From Blepharisma stoltei ATCC 30299 (lineage: Eukaryota > Protista > Ciliophora): a stretch of 64,000 bases of DNA. Location: the NCBI GenBank assembly GCA_965603825.1, contig CBFDEM010000036.1, positions 248,001 through 312,000 of the forward strand, read 5' to 3'. Position 1 is the first letter of the stretch. Each line of letters opens with the position of its first letter. Below the pieces are notes generated by a model that did not search any database, was not told where the DNA came from, and saw only the letters and a list, made by a program, of their open reading frames with translations. Below are positions 47,747 to 58,963 of the stretch, piece after piece. A program made the translations under genes and the position numbers.

Positions 47747-48754
47747 ATGGAAGGCAGCAAGAAAAAAAAGACCGCAATTCTTTATGCTTACAATGGCTCT
47801 CAATTCAATGGTAGCCAAGTTCAAAACCGTCACGAAGGAACAAGAACAGTTGAGGAAGTCCTTGAAAAAGGCCTTTTCGAATCTGGCTGCATATCTCAGG
47901 ACAATTATGGCAATTTAAGCAAAGTGAAGTGAAGCCGCGCTTCAAGAACAGACAAAGGAGTGCACGCACTTTGCACAGTTGCAGGTCTTCGTATGTTGTG
48001 AGCCCCAAAGCCAGATAACGAAATTATCGATGAAATAAATTCACATCTTCCATCTGATATTCGAGTTATCACAATTAAACTGGTGGCTAACAAATTCAAT
48101 GCCAAGAATAACACAGATTACAGAGAATATGAATATATTTTCCCTTTTAAAGCCTTATTCCCAGATGAAGAATTTTCTCTGGATGTAGTCAAAAGAGTCA
48201 ATGAAATGACAGCAAAAATTCAAGGAACGCACTCATTCCACAATTATTCAAGAGATATCGAAATTAACACACCTCAGGCCAAAAGATACGTAATTAAATT
48301 CGAGGCTTCTACAGAGCCTGTTTTATATGAAGGAAAACCGTATTTAAAGTTTACTTTTATAGGGCAAAGCTTTATTTATCATCAAATTAGAAAAATGGTA
48401 GGAATGATAGCTTCTATTTTACTAGGGAAGTATAATATGGAAGCAATTGAAGAGTCTTTCAAAAACCCGAAATTTTATGTGCCTTTGGCTCCTGCAGAAG
48501 GGCTTTATTTAGCAAGAGTTCATTATTCAAAATATAATAGGAAAATGTCTCACAGACCTATTATTATAACTGAGGAAGAAGAGAAAAAAATAAAGGAGTT
48601 TTTTACCACACATATTTTGCCGACGATATGCTCTAAAGATGAAGTTTTCAGAGCATGGGTTGATAGAGAGTTTAGAGGTACAGAACAAAATATTGCGAAT
48701 GAGGAGAACAAAGAAAGTGAATCTGAGTGTGAGGATAATAAATCTGATAGCTAA
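47747..48754 (+). CDS. PUS1: tRNA pseudouridine synthase, TruA/PUS1 family
   Basis: YNGSQFNGSQ, [W]SRASRTDKGVHA, REYEY, GTHSFHNYS, GQSFIYHQIRKMVG, PLAPAEGL; two TGA read as W. Start taken at ATG 47747. Confidence 0.9.
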
Positions 48755-48842
48755 TAAGACATTAAATACATGAATAAAAATAATTAAATTAAAAACTGAT
48801 AAGTAATATGAATCAATAGTAATGGTAAACGATATAAATGAT

Positions 48843-48847
48843 AAAAA
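48843..48847 (-). terminator. RNA polymerase III oligo-T terminator
   Basis: T5 immediately after the tRNA discriminator base. Confidence 0.8.
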
Positions 48848-48919
48848 GGGCCGCTCCGGGAATCGAACCCGGGACCTCTCGCACCCAAAGCGAGAATCAT
48901 ACCACTAGACCAAGCAGCC
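48848..48919 (-). tRNA. tRNA-Pro, anticodon TGG
   Basis: GGCTGCTTGGTCTAGTGGTATGATTCTCGC-TTTGGGT-GCGAGAGGTCCCGGGTTCGATTCCCGGAGCGGCCC; cloverleaf with A and B boxes; followed by TTTTT. Confidence 0.97.
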
Positions 48920-49099
48920 TCACGTAAGTTATTACTGAAATTAAATTTATATAATAATTAGTTTAGCCATTATGTTTTAATATAAAATTAATAATTTCAC
49001 TCTTCATTTTGAAATCTGCAATCTATATAAAGAGACTCTTATCTATTTACAATTTAATTGACTATATCTTTTAATTAGTTTTATTTCATTATATTGAAT

Positions 49100-49549
49100 A
49101 TGTCGAACCAAACTCAACAAACAGACTTTGTTCCAAAAAGATATGGTCTACAATATTCTCCTCCTTCAATTACACTTGAATATTTTGTGCCTTCCAAAAA
49201 GAAACTCTATCATCACAAAATGGAGCTAAGAGAACTTGATCCAGCCCATGATCCTGCTGATTGGTTGGATTATCTAAGGCAAAATCATGGATTATATATA
49301 GATCCACGAATTGTAGATGAATCACAGTTAATTAATTTAATTGAACATCTTCAAAGCCAGATTTCTTATGGGGGGATTGATTTTAACAATCTTTCTCCTG
49401 AGGAAATTGAAGAATATAAGAGACAAGTTGATGAAATGAATAATTATGGTCAGAATGAAAATTATTACTTATATGGAAATCAAGAAGAGTATTCTGATGA
49501 AGAAGAGGCTAGCGATTTAGAAATTGATTTCGATTTTAAATTAAAATAA
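49100..49549 (+). CDS. CEP19: CEP19-like centriolar/ciliary protein
   Basis: PKRYGLQYSPPSITLEY...KKLYHHKM and DFNNLSPEEIEEYKRQVD resemble the conserved CEP19 blocks; ATG at 49100. Confidence 0.72.
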   Translation: MSNQTQQTDFVPKRYGLQYSPPSITLEYFVPSKKKLYHHKMELRELDPAHDPADWLDYLRQNHGLYIDPRIVDESQLINLIEHLQSQISYGGIDFNNLSPEEIEEYKRQVDEMNNYGQNENYYLYGNQEEYSDEEEASDLEIDFDFKLK

Positions 49550-50006
49550 ATTAAGTGCTATAAAGTATATTTTGATTGTAGATGAACTACTTACCATAGA
49601 ATTTAATATCTATAGGCAATTGTGAATTATTAAAGCATCGCTCAAAATTCTTTTATTTGAGTTAGATATAACCCGAGTGCAATTGCGATTTTTGATCTTT
49701 CCCGGTGGTAAATAATATTTTATAAACCAACTAATAAAACTTCCATCTTGCAGGACACTTGCTAAAAGGTTTTTGCCGTGTGTGGAATTGGTAAAATCAG
49801 CATTAGTTGGCTTGGCTAACTAGAATCTTTCACATCTGAAAGCCCAGGAATCCTGAGCCAAAATTGTGTCGGGACTATATAGAAAAGACATTAAAAATTT
49901 AGTTGATAGAAAACTGCCTTAGTTATTTATATTTATGCATAGTAGTTGCATCTAATATCTTGGATTTTTTTCAATTAAAAAAGATAATTTTATTTTGTAT
50001 AAAAAT

Positions 50007-51506
50007 ATGAGTAGCTATGCTATCGACGTGACTAATAGCCGAGTCAAAGAAATCATGGAAGAACTTGGAATAGAAGAAAATGAACTTCTAAACAAGTAAC
50101 TACCAAATAGGACTCTAGAAGATTTTGCCGATGCAAGAGTAACCTCCGAAGTTCAGCAGCTTCGATTTGAATATTACAGCAAAAAACTCAAAGAGACAGT
50201 CAAGCGCATTCGCGACGTCTTAAAAGACAGAACTATGACAATAATCAAGCAAAATAGTCTACCTGATTTGCCTCAAACCTACAATAGTGTTTCACTATCC
50301 ACCGAAAGAGTAACTCCAAGACTTCAAGATATTGCAAAAGCTGAAGAAGAACGCCTTAACAAGCTCAAAGAAATGCAAAAGCAGAAGCTAATCAATACCT
50401 TGGCATGGCTTGAAAAAGTTGACGAAGCTGAAAAAAGCTTCACAAGCCCCAAAAGTGCTTCATCGCCTAGACTAAGCCCAGGCCCTTCTACTACAAAAAG
50501 TCTAAAATATAAAGCAAAAATCGAATCTTTTAAAAAAATCCAGCAAGAAAAATTCAAAGAAAAGAGAAAAGAGCAGGCAGAAAAACAAAAAAATCTGTAT
50601 AACAAAATCATCATGGACATGAAATTCCACAGTGAAAGAGAAAAATTAATTGAGCAGCAGAAAAAAGAAATAGCAAAAGAAAAAGATGAAGCGTTGAAAA
50701 GAAAGCAAGAAGAAATCAAAGCTATAAAGGAAGGGGAAGAAATATTAAATGAGCATATAATTCAGGAGCAGCTTGATTCTTTGCAATCAAGAATTATGAA
50801 GTCAGAAGAAAAGTATGCCACTGAAAGACAAAATAAATTATCCAAAACACTTGGACTGAGAAAATTTTGGGATCATGTGCTCGGAAATCTTGACAGGCTA
50901 AAGCAAACCCATGAAGTTGAAGATGTGCTAAAATTAATTGCAAAGCAGGAAAAAGTAAAAAAGAGAAGAGAGCAAATAAGGCAAAAGCTGGAAGAAGAAG
51001 TGAACATAAGAAGGGAAAAAATGGAAAAAAGAAAAAATGCAGCTCATACCAAAGTAGCCAATGATGAAAAAGAGCTGTATAAGAAAGTCCACTATTTGGA
51101 AAAAAGGCTGACTACGTCCCAAAAGAACTTAGAATCCAAGCAAGAAGAGTGGAAAAAAGAAGTAATGCTAAGAAAAGAACTTCAAAGACTCAAAGAGCTT
51201 GATGGAGTTACCAAAGTTGAAAGAGCCAATAGGAGATTGGTAAGCAATATTTAGAAAGCTAAAAAACTGCAAATGCTTGAAAAGCAGCTAATGACAAGCC
51301 AAAGAATTGATGCATTGAAGTCTGAAAGAGAAATGGTTTTGTCCAAGAAAAGGGAGGCTGCGACGAAAGAAATGATACAAAGAGAAAAAATGAAAGAAAT
51401 TTTTGCGATTGTTTGCAGATCACCAAAATCAAAAACTGCCCAAGAGCAGCTAAGGATGCTTGATATTTTGAAAAAGCCTTCTTCAGAAGGTGAAGAAGAA
51501 TCATAA
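50007..51506 (+). CDS. K/E/Q-rich coiled-coil protein
   Basis: ATG 50007; introns 50096-50110 and 51240-51254 join three exons in frame. Confidence 0.82.
50096..50110 (+). other. 15-nt intron GTAACTACCAAATAG
   Basis: Removes an in-frame TAA. Confidence 0.87.
51240..51254 (+). other. 15-nt intron GTAAGCAATATTTAG
   Basis: Removes an in-frame TAG and joins ORF 51273..51506. Confidence 0.9.
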
Positions 51507-51665
51507 TTAATATATTTATACAACTAGCATTTGCTATATTAAGCCATCTAAACTTGAACTTTTTTGTCTTGCAATATAAATTTAAGTTTCATAATTTCCA
51601 CACTTAAAATAAAATTCTTTCTGATATAAGACCCGCTTAAATATCAGTTATAATTAATAAACTTT

Positions 51666-52589
51666 ATGAATATACAACTGCTTTGGCTGCTAATTTCGCC
51701 AGCTCTTTCATGCCCAGTTTACACCTGCGCTTTAGATACAGACCCTCTGCCAGGCAACAAAGTTTATACTTTCGATTCCGCTTCCAATCAATACACAATG
51801 CAAGCTTGCCAATATTCTTATCTGACCTCAGATCACCCGAAAAACTGGGGAACTGAGGATGGCTATTGCAAGGATTTTCCAGACATTCGAAGGTGGGCAT
51901 CGCGCACTTACCAAGAGTATTATGAGTTTATACTTCTAGGAGAATATACAATTTGTGATCCTGACAGCACTTCAAAACTATGTGATTACAATAGCAATTT
52001 AGAATGCTACTTTAACTCGACAATGGGAAGCTACGCATGTGGTAAAACATTAAATTCAGGAGACGATTGCGCTTCATCTGTTGCACCTTGCCCATACAGC
52101 CATGTTTGCAACCTTGGAAGGTGCGTTGAGATGTTTACCTTGAGTCTTGGCGATGAAGCAAACAATGTAAAAGCTTGCCCTGGAGGGACAGAACTGAAAA
52201 AAGTTGAAGAAAAAAAGGTTTGCGACATTGCTCCAGCTAGTTTTGGATCAATTCCAAAGAAATGCCAAAGTAGCGATGATTGTGCAAATTATTTTACTAC
52301 TGATCTGACTGATTGTGTATGTGGGATAAACTCAGAGGGGCAATCATACTGCCAGCTGTTTCCTGGAGATGATCCTTATTTGAAATACTATGAGGCGGTT
52401 AAGACGCGTACATTTGACGATATGGTTTACTGGCAGTTTGTAAGTGAAAATTATGGCTATTTGCAAGGGAGCATCCCTGAATGCCTCAGCAACGTTTGAA
52501 AAGATTATGGAGAGTATATAAAGGTAGACCAAAATAATGCGTTTTTATTAGGATCTGCAGCAAGTGCCTTTATTTTAAGTTTAGCATAG
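51666..52589 (+). CDS. Secreted Cys-rich surface protein, likely GPI-anchored
   Basis: Signal peptide and many Cys. TGA at 52497 read as W exposes a hydrophobic C-terminus NNAFLLGSAASAFILSLA, then TAG. Confidence 0.85.
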
Positions 52590-52690
52590 AGTTTATACAG
52601 TGGGAATATAAAATATTGGATAATCATTAGTAAATTAGTTCATTATAATACTTCACATTGCCATTGTGATTTGATAATTTTAAAAAAGCC

Positions 52691-52933
52691 ATGAAGTCTG
52701 CGTATGTAATCCCGTATCCTGAAGGACCCAATACACCTGACGATGGCGTCAAACCCAGATCTATCCTAAGAAAATCCACATGTGAGCCGAAGAGTTTTCG
52801 AGTCGTTACCAGAGCAAGTACAATTGATAAAAAAGTGTCTTTTAAAGATCCCGTCCATGAGCTGTATGTAGTAGAGCCCATTATATATAAAATGCCAAGA
52901 AAAGAAGCGAGCTGCACATGCACAATGTTTTAA
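52691..52933 (+). CDS. 80-aa microprotein with SILK-like, RVxF and CaaX motifs (candidate PP1 regulator)
   Basis: RSILRK, KKVSFKD, C-terminal SCTCTMF. Confidence 0.75.
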   Translation: MKSAYVIPYPEGPNTPDDGVKPRSILRKSTCEPKSFRVVTRASTIDKKVSFKDPVHELYVVEPIIYKMPRKEASCTCTMF

Positions 52934-53501
52934 ACTAGATAAAAAAGATGTAAAAAGAGTTTATATCAGATAAATGCAAGCCGACAAGTTAATCTGTGGA
53001 CTTAATTCGTTATGTAAATTATACACTAAATTTTTATTAACTTAGCGATGGCCCGAGATCAATTGGCTACTACTATTTGCATTTTGGATAAGCAATAATC
53101 AATTTAATGGACAAATATACCAAAGGTGGTTTTTCTATTTATCAATAAAATACTCAAGGATATGAAAACTCGAATAGTCCATTAAAAAATTATTTATTAG
53201 TCTATTAAATATCATTAGTAAAAATCTATATAAAGATTTTCCTGCAGTATGAAAATGGACGATATAACTGCAAAATTAGAGTTAATATTTAAAATTTAAA
53301 TATCCTTATTGATTATAATTTAAATTTTTTAAAAAATAGTGATTCCAAGCATATTTTTAATGGTCATTGGAAGGTGAATTATTATGGTGGCATTATTAAC
53401 AAAATCAAATAAAAATTAAATTTTAGAGGCTAAGAAAATCAAAATCCATTTCATAATTATAAATCCAATTTCTCAAAATCTCATAAGAAACCGAAAAAAA
53501 T

Positions 53502-56500
53502 ATGCAAAGAAATAATTCCTCTCAAAGCAGATACCTTACAACTCGTATCGACATCAAAAGAGTAATAAATGAAGAACTTGGAAAAAATAAAATTATACCT
53601 AGATCTGTAAAAACTTTTAGAGATGAATCGCGCAATTATTTAGCAAGCAAAGCTATCGGCAAAGAACTCACCCCTCTACGTAGCCTAGGCGCAGAAGAAG
53701 TAAGAGAACTTTTGAGAAATGAAAAGAAAAAGGAGCAGGAAAAATTTACATTAAATAAAAAGACACGGGATATTTCCTATTTTAAAGATACCTTTTTCTT
53801 ACAAGCTACCCCTTCAGAACCGATTTTATCTACGCACGATCTTCCGACTGATATCAATCATATAAAAAAGATTTTAGTTACAAGCGATTATAAAGGCGTT
53901 CCTACAGCTTATAGTCCATCAGGGTTTTCAAATCCTGTGCCTTGCAAGCGGGAGCATTGCGTAGAGCGCGCATTAGCAACTCACCATAATGCTGTTAGAC
54001 CAAGCAAAGCAAATATTCTTCCTTCAATTGCTGTTGAAACTGACAGAACTTATGAAAATCTGATGAGCACAATGACTCCTAATCCTGGTGATTCTCTTGA
54101 ACGGCTTTATTTAGGAAACCCAACAGGACGACAAGATATAGAAAATCTGTGAAAATGATTCAGTTTTATGAAAGCGAAATATGATAGCGAGAATAATGCT
54201 GAAGCTATTGAGGCAATATATGAAATTTGTAGTAGGGAAATTATAAGACAAGTTTCTGTTCAATGTGTGGAAAGAGGAACCTTATTGACTGAAGTCATAA
54301 TGAGATGGCCTCAAATTGCTAACAATAAAGTTGAGAAACTTTTAGATGAAATGACTCAGCTAAAAGTAAAGCATTCGATAGAACTGCAGGATTTGGCTGC
54401 ACAAAAAGATAAAGAAATGGCTTTATTTAAAGTTTCTGTACAGGAAATTAAAGATCAAGCACAGCTAGAAAAAGAGCTCAGAAAAAGTGCAGAAGAAAAA
54501 TTAGCAATAATAAAAAATAAATTAGCTGGCGTTGAACGAAAGTATGCAGCTGAAGAAGAATTATGGAAAAAAATCAGCCTACAAAAACCTGTTTTAAATC
54601 ACAAAAAAAATATTGCGAAAAGTCCTCAGAAAGTGAGTATGACTTCAGAAATTAAATGAAAGGAAGAAGAACGGCAAATAGAAAACGTCATAGATATTCA
54701 AGCAATTGAGGCTTTAAAAGGAATTATGACAAAGCCTGAGCTTTTAGAAATCAGCAAAAAGCAGCAAGAAGAAGAGGAAAAATTCCAAGAAAAAAACGCT
54801 CAAACTGATTATAGTGAAATGTTTTTATTCGAAGATAAAGAAACTCAAACAGAAGTTTTCGAAGAAGAAGCTTGGAAGATTATAAAAACTGCTGAAGAAA
54901 GCAACTTGCCTACAGACAATGCTGGAATTTCAATAGGCATAGTAGATGAAACCCCTAAAATCCCTAATTTGAAAGAGGCTATTAAAGGGATAGGAGAAAA
55001 TAATAAAAATTCTCTTGATAGCGACAGGTCAGAAAAGTTCATTACAGCTTTTACTATCTCAAATATTGAAGATTTTAGAGAAGAAAGAGAAAACTTAGAT
55101 AAATCAATTAATGAAAGCCAAGAAAATGATGAAGAAATAAGTGAAATTAAAGATGAAGTTAGCATGATGAGAAGCCAGATATCAATGAAATCCTCAGAAA
55201 GTAATGTAAATTCACCAAGAAACGACCAATCTGCATCAAAGAAAACTCCGATAAAAAGTACTCAAGAGTCTAGGAAGCAATCGCTCACTAAGCCTCACCA
55301 AAAAATGAAAACATTACAAAAAAATCCACAAACCCCAGAAAAAGCCCAAACTCCAAGAAACTCTCAAAGTAATGCATCTTCATTTAAAAAATCTACTGGA
55401 AAGAGATCATCGGTTTCTTTCGTAGATCAACTCGCTTCGCATCTTCACTCAGTTGATAAGCTTTCTCAAGAAGAAAGATTAATGTTCTTTGCCAAACTTT
55501 CCCCTGAAGACAAGCAATATTTCGTTAACAAATTTTCACAAGATGACAGACAAATGATGATGGTGAAAGAAGCCTTGCTTAAAGAGATCACTGAACAATT
55601 CGAGCACAAATCAAAAGAACTTGCCAGCTTACTCTCAGATCTAGAAAAGAAAAAAGATATTTTAGAGCTACTAAAACTTGAATTGTATGCTAAGCAAAGT
55701 GAGCTTGAAAATTTTCAGGAATCCATCAAACCCGAGCATCGTGAGGAGCATGAAAGAAGCGAAACAGTTCCGCCTATCCGAGTTTCTCCTGCTAATGAAT
55801 CCGAAATATCTAAAGATCTTTTAGCGGTTAAAAATTCTTCCCGAGATAGATCAGGCTCTTTTGACTCAATCTCAAGCAACAAAGCTATATATTTAAAAAT
55901 TCCAGACCAGCCAAGCAAGAACTTCCAGTTCGAAAGCAACCCAAACTCTTTTACTGAATTAATTCCTTCAGGCTCAGATTTGGGGTCATGAAAAGCTGGA
56001 TGGAGTAGTGGGTATGAGAAAGGAAGAAGCGAAGGTATAAAAAATGGAGAAAAGCTCGGATTCGAAGACGGATATACAGAGGGGTATTTAAAAGCCATTC
56101 AAGAAGCAAAAGGAAGCCAGCTGAGCTCTGATACATATGCAGAAGATATTTGGCAAGATGAAGAAAACAAAGAAGCGCAAGAAAAAAGCATACAGCCTGC
56201 TGAGGAAATCGAAGACCAAGACTCAGAGCTTGATTTCGCTTGTGAAGGAAAAAGACTTCCTTTAGACTATTTCTTTGTCGAGAAAAACAGAGACAAGAAA
56301 AAAATCAAGGAAATTACCAAGTTTATGGAATTCCATTTCCATAAGCCGTTGTATCTTACCCAGCCAAAGAAGCCAAGTGTCGCTCCACAGTTGCTGAATG
56401 CCCTATTGACTAAAAAGACATCTATCATAACCAAAAAGGCTACAATGAGCAGAAGGATGTGCAGCAGGCTAGCTTCTTCAATTTATCAGGATTGCTACAC

Positions 56501-57545
56501 AAAATTCAAAAACGGTGAGCAGTTTCCAAGCTTATTTGAAGTCACTTATGACCAATTTATACATAAATATGGACTAAAAACAGTAGCTGAGAAAAAACTA
56601 ATCGAATTTATAGCCTCACTAATGAAATATTCAGAATACGCCCGACCTTTGCTATTTCTGAGATTTGCAGGGGCTTCTTCCAAAATTGATAACCACGATT
56701 ACAGCAAGCTAAGCTTCTTATTTTACCTGCAAAGCTTGAATTTTATGCTGAACGCCAAGATTGGGATAGTCGTCGGGTATGATGATTCTGCAGATCGACA
56801 AATGTTTCCGACTGTAAGAGCTATTGAGTGCTTAAGAGACAAATTTGATGGAATTTTAGAGAGAAGCATAATTACAGCTTTAATCTCAATTGTAGAACAG
56901 CGAAGCATTACTGATCCTAAAAGGATTAATTCCGCAGGGTTGGTGGAATTGGAGTTTTTGCTTGAATTAATGGTGGAGAACTATGAAAATTACCAAAATG
57001 CTATTGGGGAGGGCATAGTGTTTATAATTTCTGCTCTAGGAATAGAAAGACAAGAATTCATCACAAAGCAAGAATTTTATATTTTAACCCGTCATGTGTC
57101 GCCAGGAAAGCTTCGGGACGACGAAAACACAACCAAAGATTTTGTTCCAAGGCTAAAACTTCATCCAGAGCTGATATCTAACCAATTAGATAAAATGGAA
57201 AAAATTAACTTCAGCGATTTGATCAGCATATGCATTGAAAGAAATTTATTGTCTATTACTGACGTCAAGAATTTCTGTAAATTTAACAAAGAATTAACAC
57301 TGGATCAGGCTAAAGAAGAAATGAATAAAAGTAAAGACGAAATTTTTGAAATGCTGGAAGTGATTAAAAATTCGCCAGAAAAGAAATGGAAAAGCTATGA
57401 TGATTATATTTTTGAAGAGAAGCTGCGTCATCTATTAAATATCAGACATACAGAAAAGCCGAATTACGTTCTTTTTAATTGGAAGCTCCTTGAAGCAGAG
57501 TTAAGGAGAATTAAAAAAGATTATGTGCAAGAAAACCAAAATTAA
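53502..57545 (+). CDS. Large (1347 aa) protein: axonemal dynein light chain (p28-like) domain, coiled coils, GxxxG repeat, C-terminal helical domain
   Basis: GNPTGRQDIENL[W]K[W]...REIIRQVSVQCVERGTLL; four supplied ORFs share one frame joined by TGA. Confidence 0.85.
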
Positions 57546-57827
57546 TAAATAAAATTTTATCATTTATTAATCTTCAAGCATGTTTGAAATAGTTTCATCT
57601 ATTGAGCAATTCTTTTAAGCTCACGCCGAATAATTTCTCTCTTATGCTCCACTTCTCACTCTCTTTGCTCATTTGAGCTAGCACTATTTACAGAATATTA
57701 TCTGCTGTCCTTTTTTTTAAATGAGGTTTCATAAAGCAACTTTTCTTTATGTTGAGCCATGAAATTATCAGTTGTGAAGGCAGAAGAAGAATTGATCTAC
57801 TATTTATTTATAAATAAAAACACTAAA

Positions 57828-58904
57828 TTATAGTAAATTTGACAAAAACGATCATTTTTGGGAAGTCTCAGGCTCCAAAAATACTTGTTTGCACAGCGGG
57901 CACTTCTTCTCACCACTTAAAACCCAGGTTCTAATGCAGTCAACGTGGTGGATATGTCCACATGTAATACGGCTGCATCTGAGATTTGTTAAGCCTTCTC
58001 AACAAATGCAGCATCTTTCATCTTCAAGGTTAATTAAATCTTCCTGAGTCAGCGGAGGGTAGTTTTTTATAAAATCGTTCATAAAAGTATTATACTGAAA
58101 ACATTTTTTGGTGATCGTAAATAAATTTGAGACAAGCTTTTGGAGTTTCATAATGACAAAAAAAGCTTGAAGAGAGCTTGAAAGAAACCACTCGGCATAA
58201 AAGAATACCAAATGAAGCCATCTGCACACATTTATTGAAGTCTCTGTTAACTGGATAATTAATTCGTGCTTTCGGCTCAGAGCTAAATTATGTTTAAACA
58301 CATACAATGTAATTAGGCTTTCCTTTAACACCAAAATACCGTCGTAGTTCAGAAGTAAGATCAAACTGAAACTTGCATAGGAAAATATGCTAGCTGTTCC
58401 AATGATAAAAGCCGCTGCTAGCCCTAATGGAATAAAAATCAACTCTTTTAGATTTCTTACATGATTATTCTGAAATCTAAGCTTTGCAGTAATGCTGAGG
58501 ACTCTACAAAAGCAATAGTAAACAAAAGTTGAACCCCATATCAAGATTTCGATGCCATTATTAGAATTATTTCCAAGATCGAGGATTGCGAGCTGCAAAA
58601 GCATTGATCCATTCAAAATGTAATCTAAAATTTCTTTTCTTTCCATAGAGTTCAGAGTCCCAAGCAAAGTATAAAATAATAGATGAGCTAAATAAAAGCA
58701 CCAAAGCACGAGAGAGAGAAATATCAGAAAGCCAATTGATAAATTTGTTTTGATCAAGTAGACTGTAGGAATCAAGCCTGATGAAAAAAACGATGGGAGC
58801 AATAAGCATGAGAGCAGCAGTGCATCCATTGATAAGGCTCAGACAGCAAACTTCCAATTTACTAATGTTTCAAAGATGCTATCAGGAAGTTCAATTAATC
58901 GCAT
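57828..58904 (-). CDS. Multi-TM RING-H2 E3 ligase (HRD1/AMFR/RNF145-like)
   Basis: Several TM helices, then CCIC[TGA=W]E...CGHIHHVDCIRTW...CPLC; ATG 58904; TAA 57828-57830. Confidence 0.85.
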
Positions 58905-58963
58905 TTTCTTTTAAATTACTTATAATTTATTTAAAATACGAAATACAAATTAATTAATGTAAA

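Noticed and set aside
48848-48919. tRNA as a possible UGA-decoding tRNA-Trp
   Set aside because: The anticodon on the coding strand is TGG (Pro); the CCA seen on the + strand is just its reverse complement.
53103-53186. 10-bp inverted repeat TTTAATGGAC / GTCCATTAAA, possible MITE or IES ends
   Set aside because: Short, AT-rich, no clear target-site duplication and no second copy in the window; compatible with chance.
1621-57548. Tandem stop codons after several genes (1621-1626, 7302-7307, 14352-14357, 33759-33764, 48752-48757, 57543-57548)
   Set aside because: A handful among about 45 genes is not clearly above expectation for such AT-rich 3' flanks; needs a genome-wide test.
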